Shown here one piece after another: positions 62,736 to 64,000 of a stretch of DNA of 64,000 nt. A program made the translations under genes and the position numbers. The first letter of the stretch is position 1, and each line of letters starts with the position of its first letter. Source of the stretch: Azolla caroliniana. Its lineage: Eukaryota; Plantae; Polypodiophyta. The notes under the pieces are model-generated. The model searched no databases and was not told the DNA's origin. It saw only the letters and a program-made list of their open reading frames with translations. The stretch is taken from contig JBHGNT010000010.1 of the NCBI GenBank assembly GCA_043228905.1, positions 4,898,001 to 4,962,000 on the forward strand. The letters are read 5' to 3'.

Positions 62736-64000
62736 TTACTCTTCCGTTTGAATAAACGGATTTACCGGCATATCTCCCAAATACGGTTTAAGCCGAAATC
62801 CATTTACCCATTTCGGTAAAACCTCTCCGGTTAATGATCCCAGTTGGTACGTACCATTTTTACTATTAATTATCCATACTGGACCTGTCCATCTATACCG
62901 GAGTTTCCCAGGCATAAGTCCCATTCTCGTCTGGAATACTAATACCGGTTTCCCAATTTCGAATTGCTCTTCCGATTTCCTTCGATGTCGATTTACGAAT
63001 GCCTTGATTTGTCTTTGCTTGTGTTCTAGTGCTGACATTGATTGAATCCGTTCTTCTTCTAATACTAATAAAGCCTCCTTGCGTATCTGCTCCGATTCTA
63101 TTTCATTTAACTTATTCGTTGCTTGGATACGAAGTGTCGGAATTTGAAATTCGATCGGCATAACGGCTTCGAGTCCGAATGCCATTCGGAAAGGTGTTGA
63201 TTTAATGGATGTTTTGTACGAAGTACGATATGCCCATAATGCACTATTTAACTTTTGATCCCAATCAGTACGATTTTCATTTACTATCTTCTTTAAAATT
63301 GTTTGAATTGTTTTATTTGTCGATTCTGCCAATCCATTAGCTTGGGGATAGTAAGGCGTACTTTTCTTATGAACTACGGCATAGTAATTGGTTAATTCGT
63401 TAATTAACTTGTTAATAAAATGAGTGCCTTGATCGCTTACCAATTCTATTGGGCAACCGAATCGACACCATATATTCTCATACAGGAATTTTGCTGTGGA
63501 TGCTGCTGTATTGTCCTTGAGAGCTTTTGCTTCAACCCATTTTGTGCAATAGTCAATCGCAATTATGATATATCGATTACCGGTTCTTGCAGCTGCTGGT
63601 TTGAATGGGCCAACAAAATCTAAGCCCCATTTCTGAAATGGCTCAAGAGGTAAAACCGGTTGAAAAGGCATTCGATCCTTTTCGGTTGGTTGCCCCATTC
63701 TTTGACACAAATCGCATTTCTTATAGTATTCGTTAGCATCTTTCATCACCGTTGGCCACCATAACCCGCTATTCCATATTTTTCTGGCTGTTGCTTCTCC
63801 TGCGTAATGACCGCCAGCAATTCCACAATGTGACTCTGTTAATATGGCTGATTTTTCAAATTTTCGTACTGCCCTTCGCCATATTCCATCCGCTCCTTTA
63901 TGATACAACATGTCATTAAATAAACAAAAATTCCGACTTCGTACTGCAATTCTTTTTCTTTCATCTGTCGACATGTGTTCGGCCGGAATTCCTGTTGATA
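62736..64000 (-). CDS. Pol C-terminus (integrase) of gypsy element D, open to the window edge
   Basis: HHCC (SHCGIAGGH...CDLC), core WGLDFVGP...IDYCTKWVEA...SDQGTHF...QANGLAE and KLRYRWTGP; no stops. Confidence 0.92.
   Translation of the reverse strand, partial: STGIPAEHMSTDERKRIAVRSRNFCLFNDMLYHKGADGIWRRAVRKFEKSAILTESHCGIAGGHYAGEATARKIWNSGLWWPTVMKDANEYYKKCDLCQRMGQPTEKDRMPFQPVLPLEPFQKWGLDFVGPFKPAAARTGNRYIIIAIDYCTKWVEAKALKDNTAASTAKFLYENIWCRFGCPIELVSDQGTHFINKLINELTNYYAVVHKKSTPYYPQANGLAESTNKTIQTILKKIVNENRTDWDQKLNSALWAYRTSYKTSIKSTPFRMAFGLEAVMPIEFQIPTLRIQATNKLNEIESEQIRKEALLVLEEERIQSMSALEHKQRQIKAFVNRHRRKSEEQFEIGKPVLVFQTRMGLMPGKLRYRWTGPVWIINSKNGTYQLGSLTGEVLPKWVNGFRLKPYLGDMPVNPFIQTEE

Larger units (their letters stand above)
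59374..64000 (-). mobile_element. Ty3/gypsy non-chromovirus (Athila/Tat-like) element D: integrase, extra ORF and 3' LTR (about 59374-59830), inserted in the 5' LTR of element B
   Basis: Putative LTR is bounded TGTTA...TAACA with a minus-strand TATA box (CCTATAAAAG, ~59634-59643). Integrase and a downstream ORF are intact. Similarity to the B LTR stops at 59373. Confidence 0.85.

Overview
Land-plant nuclear DNA with GT-AG introns, abundant microsatellites and about two-thirds transposable-element content; the gene and TE families suggest a non-seed plant such as a fern (inference only). Three intact multi-exon host genes are present: a 9-exon CSLA glucomannan/mannan synthase (+, 22597-26989), a 5-exon LysM GPI-anchored LYM-type receptor (+, 35197-37806) and a 14-exon ABCG24/28-type half transporter (-, 47269-40817). 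The main finding is a 10.64-kb DNA transposon (798-11437) with both ends intact: bipartite TIRs beginning CCCGGGGACT, an 8-bp TSD, and an empty site that rebuilds a Ty3/gypsy integrase frame. It encodes a decayed, intron-containing transposase of about 1100 aa with P-element-type motifs (DE / SDGD / DxxH-xxK / DxQ / ExFFS) and no recognisable THAP domain. P elements are not a usual part of land-plant TE catalogues. The right end of the window is a nest of LTR retrotransposons inside a LINE, including an Athila/Tat-like element with an intact extra coiled-coil ORF of about 820-870 aa downstream of integrase. All coordinates, splice sites and motifs were read by eye; no database searches were run.
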